Source: Haplodiscus bocki
Taxonomy: Eukaryota
NCBI GenBank assembly: GCA_965655095.1
Contig: OZ296651.1
Location: 87,544,001-87,608,000 of the forward strand
Length of the DNA stretch: 64,000 nucleotides
Reading direction: 5' to 3'
This document shows, one piece after another, positions 33,362-45,672 of the stretch. Within the stretch, counting starts at the first letter, position 1. Each line of letters begins with the position of its first letter. Made by a program: the position numbers and the translations under genes. The notes beneath the pieces were generated by a model. It was not told the DNA's origin and did no database searches. It was given only the letters and a program-made list of their open reading frames with translations.

Positions 33362-36300
33362 ATGGGTATCAAAAGTGACGGTAAGGACTCCTTGAACCTG
33401 GTAAGTTTCTTTGAAGATTTCAAAAAAGAGTTTGCGACCCTGAAAAAGACCTTTAAGAGAAAAATCTTCATATTTCAAATCTTGAAACAAGGTTGGAAAA
33501 ACTTGAAAAATCTTATCAAGAAGAAATGAGAGACCTGAAAAATGACATTGTGGATCTGAAAGAGAGGGTATTGGATACAGAGATATGCAATTCTAAGGAC
33601 ACAATTGTTCTCAAGAATCACCAAAACTCATTGGGAAATCATGTGTCGAGGTCGTGGCTGATTTCCTCTATCAATTCTTTAGCACAGACATTAGTTAATC
33701 TAAAAGCTTTTAATTTTTTGGGCAAGATTGACGAGTCTGCTATTGTTGTGAATTTTCTTTATTTCGGGCAAAGAACTTCATTTGGAGAAACAAAAAGACG
33801 TTGATAGGTGTCTCAAATCCCGCAAATGGGAAACTATATTACTTTGTTGGGAGGCTGGCAGAAATAATGCGGGATGTATTTCACCAGAGTCAAGACATGG
33901 GCCTGAGAACTGTCACTAACAATCCTGAAGTACAAGTTATTTGCAAAAACGAAGCTAGGGTGACCATCTTTCGGCCAATTCGACAGACAAACAAATTAAA
34001 CAATATGAAGGATGTTGCCCTCAAGTATGATATGAATCACTTGAAGAACTTCAATTCCTCTGTTTGACCACGAAAAATGCATGGTTCCAAAGAACCGGGT
34101 TGCACACCAGAAAGCAAGCAGAGATCGTCTTCTTCCAGTTATATTCTTTCTGCTAATCGTTCAATGATCAATGCATGACAAAATATTGTCAGCTGAAACA
34201 GCAGTTTCGCATCACCAAGAACCAAAATCTGTCGAACTTTGAAATGTCTAAGTTGGACATAGTGCATTTTATTATTCGATCCTTAACACGCAGATGTGAC
34301 AACCTACAAAAATGTCTTACAACACAAAAAATTTGCCCTCCAAAAATTGTACTGAGCGAAACACGGCAAAACGATTCCACCGAATTTTGCAAGCTTACAG
34401 GACATAAAAGGTTTTCTGGAGTAATGGAAAAAATAGGAGCGGCGGTGTTGCCTTTTTTGTTTGCAATACTTTGAATGTTATCGAAGAAAAATGTAATGCA
34501 AAACTCTATTTTCACAATTTATCTCTTCGATTGCAAGTAAACTCATATATTTACTAAGTTGTGAACCAATATTACAAATATTTTCCAATGAAACAAGTCA
34601 CTCAACAACACGAGAGGTTTAAACTACCACGTATGACCAAGAACGCCATCGAAAAACGCCAAAATTAGTTTACAAGAAAAACAGAAAACGAAAAGTGAAA
34701 CTGACAACAATAGGTGGATAAAGAAACAGCTGCTGGTTCAAAATCTCATACGATGGGAGAAAAAAACCAAAAAAGTTAGAATAAAGAAGATTTTGAATTA
34801 CAAATCAAAATCATTTTTTGACTTCGTTAGAAAAATTGCTCCAAAAAATTAGTTGATGAGCAATATTTAGATCCAAATAAAAAAAACGATTATTCTCCAA
34901 ACTTTGCTGACAAAAAGAAAAAGTAACTTACAAGTCCTGTGGAACCTTTCGAATTAGAAACTAAAGAGGCGACCATTTTTTGGCTTCCCGCCGTCCAAGC
35001 GAAAATATTCAAGTTGCTGGACAGTTTTTCAGAATCAAATGTCGAAGGGTATGATTTTATAAGAAGTCAAATGTTGAGTCTCGCTGCTCCTGTTCTTGCA
35101 CAGAATGTGACGTACTCGTAAAACAGATGCCTATCTGAAGGTGTTTTTTCTAATATTTTCAAAACTGCCAAAGTTTTACCAATTTAGAGCTCAAGTGATG
35201 TTGATGGAGTTCAAAACTATAGACCTTTATCAATACTTCCTTCACCCAAAATTTAATGAAAAAACTATTTTCACCAAATTTCAAAAAGTTTTGAACTCTA
35301 ACGAGAAATTTTGCAGAGAGCAAAAGGTTTTTGGAAAAAAGATGTCGACTTCATGTTCATTGATCTCTGTATCCAAAGAAATCAGAGAAAACCTTGATAA
35401 AGGTATGAAAGGCTCTTCGGTTTTTCTAGGTTTAGCCAAAGCATTCGATACTGTGAAACATGGTTTAGTCGTACAAAATTTAGAGTCGTATGGCCTGAGA
35501 AGACAAGCTGCGAAAAATAATTAAAAGCTATCTATGAGAATGTATCTATCCCCAACTTGTTCAAAATGGGCGAAATTTTTCAAGTACTCTTAAGCCTCAC
35601 GTTGGCGTGCTGCAGGGATCGGCGTTGGGACCATTCTTGTTCTTGGTGTATATTTATGATCTACCGAGTCAACTAATCAACGAGAAACCTTCCTAAACTT
35701 TTGGCTGACGATACATCATCAACTTGCTCCGATAAGTGCTCTCTCATCAAACAAGTGAGTTATGAACTGAATACGATAACAAATTGGTTGATTTACAATA
35801 GATTTTAATTTACTGTAAAGAAATCCAGCGTCCTGAATTACAGATGAAAAATAACAAACACTCCAGTTAAAATTCGAAAAAAAATATATGTCTGGAACAA
35901 ATAGTCTTAAACAACAACAAAAGTTTGAAATATAAAGTGCATATTCAACATACATGTAGAAAGATAGACAAATGATGTGGTTTTCTTAAGTATATTGGCT
36001 CGAAAAAGATCAAGAGTTTGAGTTTGCTTTACTATATTGGGTACAGCAAACCTATATTAAGCTATTGTAATTTAATTTATGATTCACACCAAAAACAAAT
36101 TTAAAGCCAATTCCACTAATGCAAAAACGGATTTTGAGAGTTATTTTTAAAAAGAAAAGTTTGAATCCACTGCCGAATTTTTCAAGAACTCCCAAATAAT
36201 GACAGTGTACGAAATACATGTTACACAACTTCTCGAAAATTTATCACAGAACTTTTCAAAGCTGACTCGAACAGAAGAGTTGGGTATGCAAGGAATGCTC

Positions 36301-36800
36301 ACGCGTAGTAAAAAAAACTCATTTGTAATTCCAAGCCAGTAAAATCGAATACCGGTAAGCTGTCAGTTTCAAATAGGGCAAGTCAATTGTATAACAATTT
36401 ATCAGAATTAGGGATTTGGGTTTTGGGCATGCAAAACGCAGATAAAACGGAACAACGCTTTTTTAATTTAACGGTTGTCACTAATCATTTTACTGATCAG
36501 TCCGAACCTATTAGTTGGTTCCTCCAAATGAGTTTTGTCGAATAAAGACAATAAGTGGGTTCATTATAAGCACTGCTGTACTGTTATTTTTTTTGCCTGT
36601 CTTACAGTGTGTACTGTAAAAAAAATAACGAAAGCAAATAAAAGTCTTTCTTTCTTCTTCGTTTCTTTCTTCTCGTCAGGGGGAGGCCGAAAAATCTTTT
36701 TTGGATCAACTTTTTGAATCTACGAGAAACAAACAAGGAACCATCCGCAACCTCAAAAATTGTTAGTGGTGTTTGAGATAAAAAAAAAACAGTTGAATCA
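33362..36800 (+). mobile_element. Second degenerate CR1/L2-group LINE with internal deletion in ORF2; ends approximate
   Basis: ORF1: coiled coil + EICNSKDTIVL, IVVNFLYF, NGKLYYF; ORF2: IVHFIIRSL, VLSET, GGGVAFFV; KTAKVLPI, NYRPLSIL, FLGLAKAFDTVKH, GVLQGSALGPFLFLVYI, LADDT. Confidence 0.88.
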
Positions 36801-37154
36801 AATGAAACACGAAGTGAAAATGGAGAGACTCTTCTGCATCTTTTATTGAAAATTTAAGTTTTCAAAAACAACTTCGGCGGTTTTTCTGTTGAATAATTTA
36901 TAAATCAAACAGCAAAATTTTCAAGTAGCAGCTGCAGTAGTCTTGGGAGTATATCATTAGAATATCCCAACTTTAATTTTGAAAAAAAGGACGTTCAATA
37001 AGTTGTAGATACTAGACATCGAGCAACAGTGCCAAAGTATAAAACTCCTGGGATCAACTAATGATTTCGTTACAAATGTTATGGACTAAGTTCAGAAAAG
37101 ACAATATGTCTACATTTCTAGTAAGAAGTTGGATTTCGCTACTATAGTGGTAAA

Positions 37155-38893
37155 TGTCGTGGCCATCTTCAGGGCCAGAGTTTTGTGTCATCTGATTGTT
37201 GAAGATGCCTGCTTCAGAGGATGAGGGTTACTCTGGGAGTCGCCCCTCATTCGTTCCCTGGCCTATACTAAATATGTTCGGGGACATCTCCGGAGCAATT
37301 CCAGAGTGGCCCTGAATTAGCGGGTTCATGAGGAAGTCGACAAGACGTGCCAATGTACCTAGTATGCGGTTTTCGGTTCTGCTAAATTCTTGCGACAACT
37401 TTTTTAGTGACTCTTCACTCATATTTCTCCGAAAGTTGAGTTAAATAGTCCTCTTGTGATCTGGGAACATTTGAGTTTTGCACGAAATTGCTCCTAGGAT
37501 GTTCCTCACAGTTTTCTTTGTTTAAGGCTGCCAGTTTCCTTTTTTTTCGAGTTGCCATTTCTACGGGAAAAGTGTTTTTCAGTGATAAATAGTTGATTGT
37601 ATTTTCTTGAAGAGAAAATCAAATTGGTTTTTACAGTTTTCAGTAGCGGAAAAAATAAAATGAAATAAAATGAATGAATACTGGTTATTATCATCAGTAC
37701 AACAGTGTGCAAGTTAAGAATACAGGACTCTGAAAGGTTCTCTAACTCTGAAAAGTTCTGAATTTCTACTTTCATTTCTCCTATTTGTACCTTTTCCTGG
37801 TGGGAAGCATAATTGTTCACACGCCAAGTAAAGGTACAAATGGGGAAAAGTACTTTCTAAAGTAGAGCATCAAAGTTAAAAATGCCGACTCTGGCGGGAA
37901 ATAAACAACTTTTCCATCCATGTCTTCCCTTATAGGACGCGTCTTTTCCATCTTTTGACAGAAAATGGACGATCCTAATCCGTCACAGATGGACATCAAA
38001 GTGTTTATTCCGCGCCGAAGTTTTGTTTAGAGTCTAGAAAAGTATATTCCTTAGATGGAAAAGTAAAAATAATTACTTAGTTAAAAAAGGTGAAGTAAAA
38101 ATAAAATAAAAAATACAAAATCCATGACTTTAAATATGTGGATAATATGAAAAAAAAGTAATCATCACCCTCATGCTCACTTCATCATTATTAAGAGCAG
38201 TTTTTTAGTCTTTACTCTTTGGAAAAAAGGAAAAACTAGTAGCACTACTAGTTTACTCCTCATTCGTACGAGCAGCAACTAGTGGTTTCCGGATATTTCG
38301 TATTCACTAGTAGTGGTAGTAGTCTGTGCTCAAATGAGGACTGATTCCGGAATCATTCCGTATTCACTACAGCACGGCATAGTAAGAGTAGTATTAGTGA
38401 CGTCACCAGACTAGTAGCACGTACGGAATAAATATTCACTCGGAGAGTCAGTACAGTTGAAATCACTTGTTGTGCTTATAGCATCGATTTAATCGTAATT
38501 TCTAATTAAACTGCATTTCTTGCGATCAATCAAACCGTCAGATTGCGTTGAAAAAAGGTGGAATTATGGTTAATATTTAAATAGTCATATTAATATAAAA
38601 ACAGCACCTTTTAGGTTAATAATGCTCTATGAATACTTCATTGTTTCGTAGCGGTTCCGTCCTAGTCCGGATCAGTTTGATTCCGTATAAATACGTACCC
38701 ATATATATGTGCATTGGTAGGGAGACGTATTATATATGTATCCGTATATATGCACAACAGTTAAAAATACATGTTATAGTGATAGTTAGAGTTTGATTAA
38801 AAGTATGTAATGTTTGAGTTTTTCCTGAGCGTTAGAGTGTTTTTTTGGCTGGTAGGGGCAGGCCGCATGCCTCGCAGGTGTGGTACTGCGACA
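37155..38893 (-). mobile_element. Solo LTR (1739 bp) related to the 1444-2994 LTR, with gag N-terminus
   Basis: Minus strand begins TGTCGCAGTA and ends GGCCACGACA; encodes MATRKKRKLAAL...KKLSQEFSRTENRILGTLARL...GPEDGHD; shares leader, hairpin and GTGACGTCAC with element 1. Flanks GTAAA/ATAAC are only a partial TSD match. Confidence 0.88.
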
Positions 38894-39736
38894 ATAACTA
38901 ACAAAGGAAGCAACTCAAACGATAACAGTGTTACCGTTGTTAAAAAGGTACACCTAGAGCAAGTCGAAGCAAAATTTTTGAAGACACCTGCATAGATAAA
39001 CTTTCACTACTCAATTTACTCAGTTCAACTCCTAGTTGGAGTTATGAAATGATTTTGTTTTATTCTAGGTTCATCAGCTAATAACGCAAAATTGCTCAGA
39101 TAATTAGCACCCCGACAACAGACCAGTTGCAATTTTAATGCAATACAGGTGTAGATCAATATCAAAAAGACGACAGGTTTGTTGAAGACATTGACACGAT
39201 AATTTTGAATATTTCTTAAACTGAAAATGGAGCTAAGAATTCAAAACAGCAAGTTAACGAAGCTGTGAACAACGTACACTATGTATCACCATGAATGGTT
39301 TTTGGAAAGTTTCATCAGTTTTAGTAGTTCATAAAAAACTTTAGCTCTTGACAAAAAATTTGAACGTGTCCGGGGAAGCTTCAACATCAGCTCCGCTATT
39401 ACGGAACACGGAAAGTTCTTGTAGAAAAACCACAACTAATTTGCTAACTTAGAAAAGTGATGTTTGCCGGTTGAAGTTTGTTGATTATATGGATCTTGCG
39501 TGGTTAATATACAGAACAATGAGTATGGTTTGAAAATACTGGTTATTGTTATTTTTCTAAGGTTGATGAGTTCCACCACAGACAAGAAGATGAAAATTTG
39601 GGTTCTCGAAGATTTTGTGCATGACTTGTATAAGACATAGCTGGTTTTAATGAAGTCCTTGCTGAGTCAACGAGAAATGCTTCTGGCGTAGGAGCCATTT
39701 TTCTTATTAGCTGTGAGGAAAAAACAGTATTATAAC

Positions 39737-40197
39737 TAGGGCAAGGCATAGGTCAAAAAAATCCATAAAGTCAATAAAGTCAATATGGATGACCAAATAA
39801 GCTTATAGGTCAAAATTAGGTCAAAATGGCCTCGAAGTGAGCTATTGAGGTTACTCACATGGCATTTGCTCAACAGATGCAGGTTGTTTGCTTTACAAAA
39901 TTTGCTTTCAGATCAAATTTTCAGTTAACTATGCCTAAACGAACTCTGTCGCAACATGAGAAAGCTGCTACTAAAAAACAGGTCACTTGCAGATAAAAAT
40001 CTGATCTTTTATGACCACCTTATGCGAACAATGAATGAAAGTTTGAATAAGCTGTCTAGTTTTTCATAAAAAACTCAGCTGTTTAAGGTGACTCCGGCTG
40101 TTTTTTTAAGTCAAAATAAAGTCAAAATGAGGACAAAACAAAGTCATTTTTTTAGACCTAATCAAGCATTTCTTAGGTCAAAATTTGCCTCGCCCTA
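39737..40197. mobile_element. Non-autonomous hAT-superfamily MITE (461 bp)
   Basis: TIRs TAGGGCAAGGCA / TGCCTCGCCCTA; perfect 8-bp TSD ATTATAAC (39729-39736, 40198-40205); subterminal ARGTCAA repeats at both ends. Confidence 0.92.
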
Positions 40198-41014
40198 ATT
40201 ATAACTTTTAGCAAACTTAATGTAAGTATTAACGTTAAAGTTGAGTTAGTTTTCGAGTGCCAGTATATACATAAAATCTTAAGAGGATATTTCAGTGGTA
40301 TCTTTCTCTTCACAGAAACAAACCAAGTGGCGCTTGGTAGGTAATTTGGTATGTAATGTAAGGCTTCAAACATAACGCAATTTGAGAAAAAAAACTTCAA
40401 GCTGAAAAATTGTTTGGTGGAGAAAGGAATTTGTAGTTTTTGTTCTAGCAAAAAAAATCACAACTTTTTAAAAAATAAAAGACTACCAAAACAGCCCTTC
40501 TACAGATTGGAAAAGTAGAACTAAGGGTGAAAACCCCTAAATGACTGACACCTGTACCCGACACTTTGAACGATCTTGTCCTCTTTTTTGCAACAAAATT
40601 ATATCGCTACCCAACACTAGACAACAAGTAGAGATGGAAGGGGAAGCTATTAAGAACTTTCTCCAAAATTTTCAAGAAAGTCATGCAAGCGAATGGTGCT
40701 ACATGTTGGTAAAAAAACTCATGGCGACCCTCGAAAACGCTTCCAACGGGGTTAGAGTTGGAAACAGCAAGTAGGAGGAAACTGATAAACTGATGCTGCT
40801 ATTATGAAAGCACGAGTAGAAGCAAGTTGATTGGCATATACTGTGAAAAAAAAATTGCGTTGACTGTATTCAAGAAGCTAAGATAACTAATGGTCGGGCC
40901 TTTCATGAACTCAAAAAGTGAATGGAGGCACCAGGAAGGGTATCGGAAAGTTTTCATGCTAACCTTAAAAACGGCTTTTTTATCGGAAACGGTTGTAATT
41001 CAACGGTTGTAATC

Positions 41015-41780
41015 AATTGTATTTGGAGTTTTGTTTTACTTGACTTGATTCATCGATGACCAGAAACAACACAGGTTGTCTATAAAAATTAGCAGTTGTT
41101 TTTGACTTTAGTAAAATGGGACAATAAAATTGGAACTAACAAAACAGAACTTTTTTTAAATGGGTTCTCACATGTTTTTACCAGATCAAGGAGAAATCTA
41201 AGTTAATCGAAACTAACGATAGAGAAGCAATTGCAGGTGAAGTATGCAACAACTTCCTAAAATGTTTTCATGGTTTCTGCCTTAGTTGTTGTACATCTGA
41301 GAGAGCTGTCCTTGCTGAAAGATATATCAGTTTTATCAAAATCTTCCCTAGAAAACCAATATTTCAGAGTTTACGCTAAAGGTAAAATGAAGTGCGGTCT
41401 ATGGGCAAGAAACACAAAACGACATTTCATCAATCAACTAAATTGACGCCCATTAGAACATCCTTCAAGCTTTTTGAGAAAAAAGTTAGTTCAAATTTAC
41501 ACTGAAGAAAGAAAAAAGTAGATCCGAAGCATAACTTAGAAGATACAACTAGAACAGTTCAGAAGGTTTATATGTTTCTCAAAGGCGATAGGACAAACTG
41601 GAGCAACAAATATCTGACAAATGCTCTCTGAAAACTTTGAGAAAAAGTAAAAATAATTTTGAAAGACACTCGATGATGAAAAAATTACTGAAAAAGAATA
41701 AATACTTTTGATAGTTACCGGTTAGATAGTATGACTGATCGTTATAATGAAGACATAATAAATAATCAAGTTCAGCTATG
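41015..41780 (+). pseudogene. Highly decayed Polinton-type retroviral-like (RVE) integrase
   Basis: IWSFVLLDL...FDFSK...KLIETND...AVLAERY...KPIF...TFHQSTKLTPI...KGDRTNWS...SYRLD...RYNE is collinear with the integrase at 51009-51855. Confidence 0.75.
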
Positions 41781-43146
41781 AAGTAATGTGGAAGACTGAT
41801 GAGGTTAATAAACCCTAAGCAACAAAAGACGTCCATCAGCTTCAAATTCTAGGAGAATTTACAAACGAGAAATTCAAAATTATTGATAGACAAAATTTAC
41901 AAAGTCGGCAGCATTAAAGTTGTTAAAAGGTAGAAATGGCCGTATGCATTGTCACGAGGCCTTAAGAAGAAAATTTTTTCAACAGTGCAAGGTAGTACAG
42001 ATCTAGAGGTTAAAAAGGCCATGGAAAAACCAAAAAATACAGATAATACATTTAGCACAAGAACAAGACTTTTTTGAAAAATTGTACATTGTAATCATAA
42101 TGGAATGTTTGATTGTGCTTTTTTAGTACAGTTTTGTGGTTTTTTGTGGAGCTTTTAGAAAAAAAAGACGAAAGAAAAAATTGAATAACAGAAAAATGGT
42201 ACTAGACTTTTTTAATAGTACTTATATTTATCCGGGGAAAATTGTGATCGTATACAATCAGAAATTATAATGTTAATATTCGATTTTTTATAGACTCCTT
42301 CAACAACACGTGAGTTTTGAACTTACAATTTATTCGATTACTTTAAAATTGTTTTCTGGAGGTTGCAGCAGAAGCATAAATGAGTGAAATTGAAAAAGGA
42401 TGCGATTGGTATGACAATTCTGTTTTTGAAGCCCTTAATTTTTGGAAGAGGCTCATACACAAGCAATATATGATAACAGTAGTTAATATGACATCAAGGA
42501 TTTTGTTTGTGGAAATTGCTGGGTCCAGTGATTCTAATAGAAACTTCATCTAGATAGTAATTTCTTTGGGGATCACATAGTTCATGTTTCACCTCAGGAG
42601 ATAATTGATAATTAAATTCCATCTGGTGAAGGAGAAGGTTGGGCTTGTAGAGATGACGAGAAAGCAACTGGTCTATCAGTTTATTTTCGCTATCGCTCTT
42701 GACTTTGACACTCACTTACAGCCGCGACTATTTGGCGTAAAAATGAATGGAACCAACCCATTTAGCAAGCTCAACACCTTTGATAAAGTACTTCTTTTTC
42801 AAACTTGAGGAAGGAAATGAACATAAATAAAAAGTGGAATCCATTTTGCATTTGTAGTCATAGTACACCTGGCCCCGATTCAAATCACACGCTTACCAAC
42901 TATTGCCAAAAGATATAGCAAATATATCCAGTTGTAGTCTCGTTCCTTTGGAAAAAATTTGTAAGGAACCAAAATTGGACATGTCAAAACCTGTATTTAA
43001 AGCTTGTCGTTATTATTTCAGTAAATGTACAAAAACAAAAACCAACATCAATGCAAAATGCTGAAACCCAGTAAAATGCTTCGGGTATCAAACGGGAGAG
43101 AAATAGTAAGAGAGTGCGTCGATCAGGTGGGGGGTGGAAGACCCTC

Positions 43147-43590
43147 CATGTATTACGATAGGGTATAGACCCTGGATCCCGAGCTGGGTCTTCCACCTAT
43201 GTATTATGATAGGTTATAGTTCGGCAATGTATTAAGATAGGGTATAGTTCGGATATGAGCCGAGTCAATGTGTTGAGATTGGGAGCCAAGTGAAAAGATA
43301 GGGAGAAGTTCATTTTCGGCGCTGTTAGACTTTTTCGAAAACTTTTCTTTGATTTATTTTTGCAGGGCCGCTTGCGCAGATAATCATTACGGTGCGGTCT
43401 AAGTATCGCGTCTGTGGATAGTGCTGTGACTTGATGTTATGTGGGAAATTAGTTGAGTAATGTGTTGAGATAGGGTATAGTTCGGCAATGTTTTAAGATA
43501 GGGTGTAGTTCGGTAATAAATTAAGATAGGTTATAGTTCGGTAATGTAGTAAGATGGGGTAAAGTTCAGTAATGTATTAAGATAGGGTAT
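43147..43590 (+). repeat. 28-bp minisatellite (AATGTATTAAGATAGGGTATAGTTCGGY) in two blocks
   Basis: ~4.7 contiguous units at 43459-43590 and ~3 units at 43147-43253. Confidence 0.9.
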
Positions 43591-43908
43591 GATAGTTTAA
43601 CAGAAAAGTCAGAAGTAAACGTAAGGCTTTTAGCAACTGGACTGTAGCAATGCAAAAAGAATAACGGCGAATAATATGTAGCAAGTGTTACCCATTACAA
43701 AATACCATATATGGAAAGACCATAAAAGGAAAGACTAACCAGATAAAGAAATACCTCACGAGCGGTGGACCACTTCCTCCACGAAACTGATAATACCTAA
43801 TGCTATGTAAATAGATTGCTTCGAAGTTTAGAAAGGTTTAATTAGAGACTACAAACATTACCAAAATTTTTATTTAACCTGCACGTTTACATTCAAAAGG
43901 TTGAAATA

Positions 43909-44293
43909 TTACAAATAGTTACTTGTAAACGAAAGTACATTAACATTGTGAACTCCAGTGACTTCTCCTTGCGGGAACTTGAGGAGTTGAAAAACTGCAT
44001 GTGTCGTGTAGAAACCACAAACTTTGAGATGGGATTGTGGTGATTCTGGCATTAAATGCTCGTACTGCTGCGTGAAGAAACTGAATCGACCGAGGGAGTC
44101 TGCAAAATACAATTTATGACATTTTTTGCAATATTTAACCAATTCTCACTCCGCATATTGCTGGGTTAATTTTTGATGAAAGCAAAAGTCTAATGGCCAA
44201 AAACTGAAATATAGTCAAAGGGAAGTGAACCAAGGTGCCAACACTCAAGCTTTGGGATACGGTTGAATCTTTGCTGGAGAGAAACATTATCCA
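43909..44293 (-). pseudogene. Adenain-like cysteine protease of Polinton A1
   Basis: MDNVSLQQ..RIP...LGSLPFD...FAFI..PSNMRSENW (GEHW-like) / LYFADSLG...PQSHLKVCGFY. Confidence 0.8.
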
Positions 44294-44570
44294 TTTAGGA
44301 TTTTTTTCCCAACAGCACCAAACTTGTCGACTGCAAGCGAAGAAATTCTTTCCCCCAAACAATGAGCTCAAAAGCGAAGATAAGCGAAGTTTAATTCCAG
44401 CCTCAGTGGCTCTCCGAGTAGTTCTGGGTAATGAAAGTTTTCAGTAGCTACTAGAATTGAAATCAAATCAAACACCAATACTTAGTGGTTTTTCAACTTT
44501 TCAATTGGAATTGAGGGTATATGAGCCTGAAAGTTCATTGCTTTCATTGTCGTAATGTATAGGCGATAAG
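44290..44570 (-). pseudogene. C-terminal fragment of Polinton major capsid protein
   Basis: RLYITTMKAMNFQ..IPSIPI...H*VLVFDL....ENFHYPELLGEPLRLELNF...ELIV.GER..LAVDKFG; directly upstream of the protease. Confidence 0.72.
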
Positions 44571-44599
44571 TTTTAGGATAAAGATTCCGAGTAAGGGAT

Positions 44600-44880
44600 G
44601 GTTAATGTATTAGTACAGGGTTCTGCAATGTGTAAAGACGGGGAGTGGGGCCCATTTTCGACAATGTGACTTTTTCGAAAAGAAAACAAATCTTTGAACT
44701 GATTTTTTTTCATGTACCCCCGCCCGCGCGGATAATTTTTACGGCGCAGACTAGTCATGACGCCTGAGGTTAAAAACAACGCCTGCGTATACTGTTTTGA
44801 TTTATTGCTATGTTAAAAGATTGATTAAAATTTCGAAAAGGTTGATTAGAGAGTACAAAGGACAACAAAAGCAATTGATA
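44600..44880 (+). repeat. Second, diverged copy of the Polinton A terminal sequence
   Basis: 44627-44770 resembles 43266-43420 (CATTTTCG..GACTTTTTCGAAAA; GCGC.GATAAT..TTACGG.GC) and 44806-44870 resembles 43801-43866. Confidence 0.7.
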
Positions 44881-44924
44881 CTTTCAACCACAAGTATTGA
44901 AACACCTTTTTAAACTGTTTATAG

Positions 44925-45106
44925 TTATAAATTAAGGGGACAGACGTGTATTCTATCTTGCTGAACAATTTTTTGGAAGAAAAGGATGACAATCTCTTCT
45001 TTGTTTGGTCTTATGTGGCAACATCATGTTGTATTGAGCAAAAACCTCTTATTGTTGACGTTACATAAATAACCTCTTCCAGAACTTTGCGATTAGTGAT
45101 CATGGG
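44925..45106 (-). pseudogene. C-terminus of outer Polinton protein-primed DNA polymerase B
   Basis: PMITNRKVLEEV..VTSTIRGF...VAT*DQTKKRLS..K..VQQDRIH..PLNL*; continues the frame broken at 62817-62822 (…GGDEPM). Confidence 0.85.
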
Positions 45107-45660
45107 AGTAGTGTATAAAAAAGCACTTGACACCAGGCGCGCAGGACGCACCAAAAATCAAGTAAAAGCTCAATAAAAGTTAAACCATGCCAAGGGGGTA
45201 CACAGGTACCAAAAACTAATTTCCTAAAAATATTTTTTCATTTATGTATCAATGGTGGTACACAACAATAATAACGTTAAAAAATTCATTTATTTTTTCC
45301 TCTCCACTAGAAAAAAATTCATCATCATTTTTTCCACTCCACTAATAAAAAATTCATACACATTCCACTTTTTCCAGGTGCATAATAAAAATTCGTCTAC
45401 AAAATTTTAGGTCATTGTATTCCCCCCCAAACAAAACCCCGATCAAATGTTCTGGTAAATGTTCTAGCTTGATGAAATGTTCTAGCTAGAACAAATGAAA
45501 ATGAAATTGTACTTTTAAGAAAAGTTATGAGAATTCTTTTCATTAGACAGAATTCTTTCATAAAGACTCACATTTCTTTGTCCACGTAAAATATATATAT
45601 TTTTAAATTTGTCGTTTTTTAGAACATGTCTAGTCTTTTCGAACCTTTTACTTTTACAAC
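45107..45660 (+). repeat. Left TIR of inner Polinton
   Basis: Reverse complement of 62282-62816, roughly 80-85% by eye. Confidence 0.93.
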
Positions 45661-45672
45661 CAATTAAAAATA

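Larger units (their letters stand above)
43105..44570 (-). mobile_element. Polinton/Maverick terminal fragment A1 (putative TIR + protease + MCP C-terminus)
   Basis: AGTAAGAGAG-like end at 43105 (uncertain), subterminal tandem repeats, then adenain and major capsid coding remnants on - strand. Confidence 0.7.

Noticed and set aside
41220-41300. PHD/zinc finger (CNNFLKCFHGFCLSCC)
   Set aside because: Frame aligns with the integrase core; cysteines appear to be decay products.
43147-43590. CRISPR-like array
   Set aside because: 28-bp units are head-to-tail without unique spacers; no cas genes; eukaryotic TE context.
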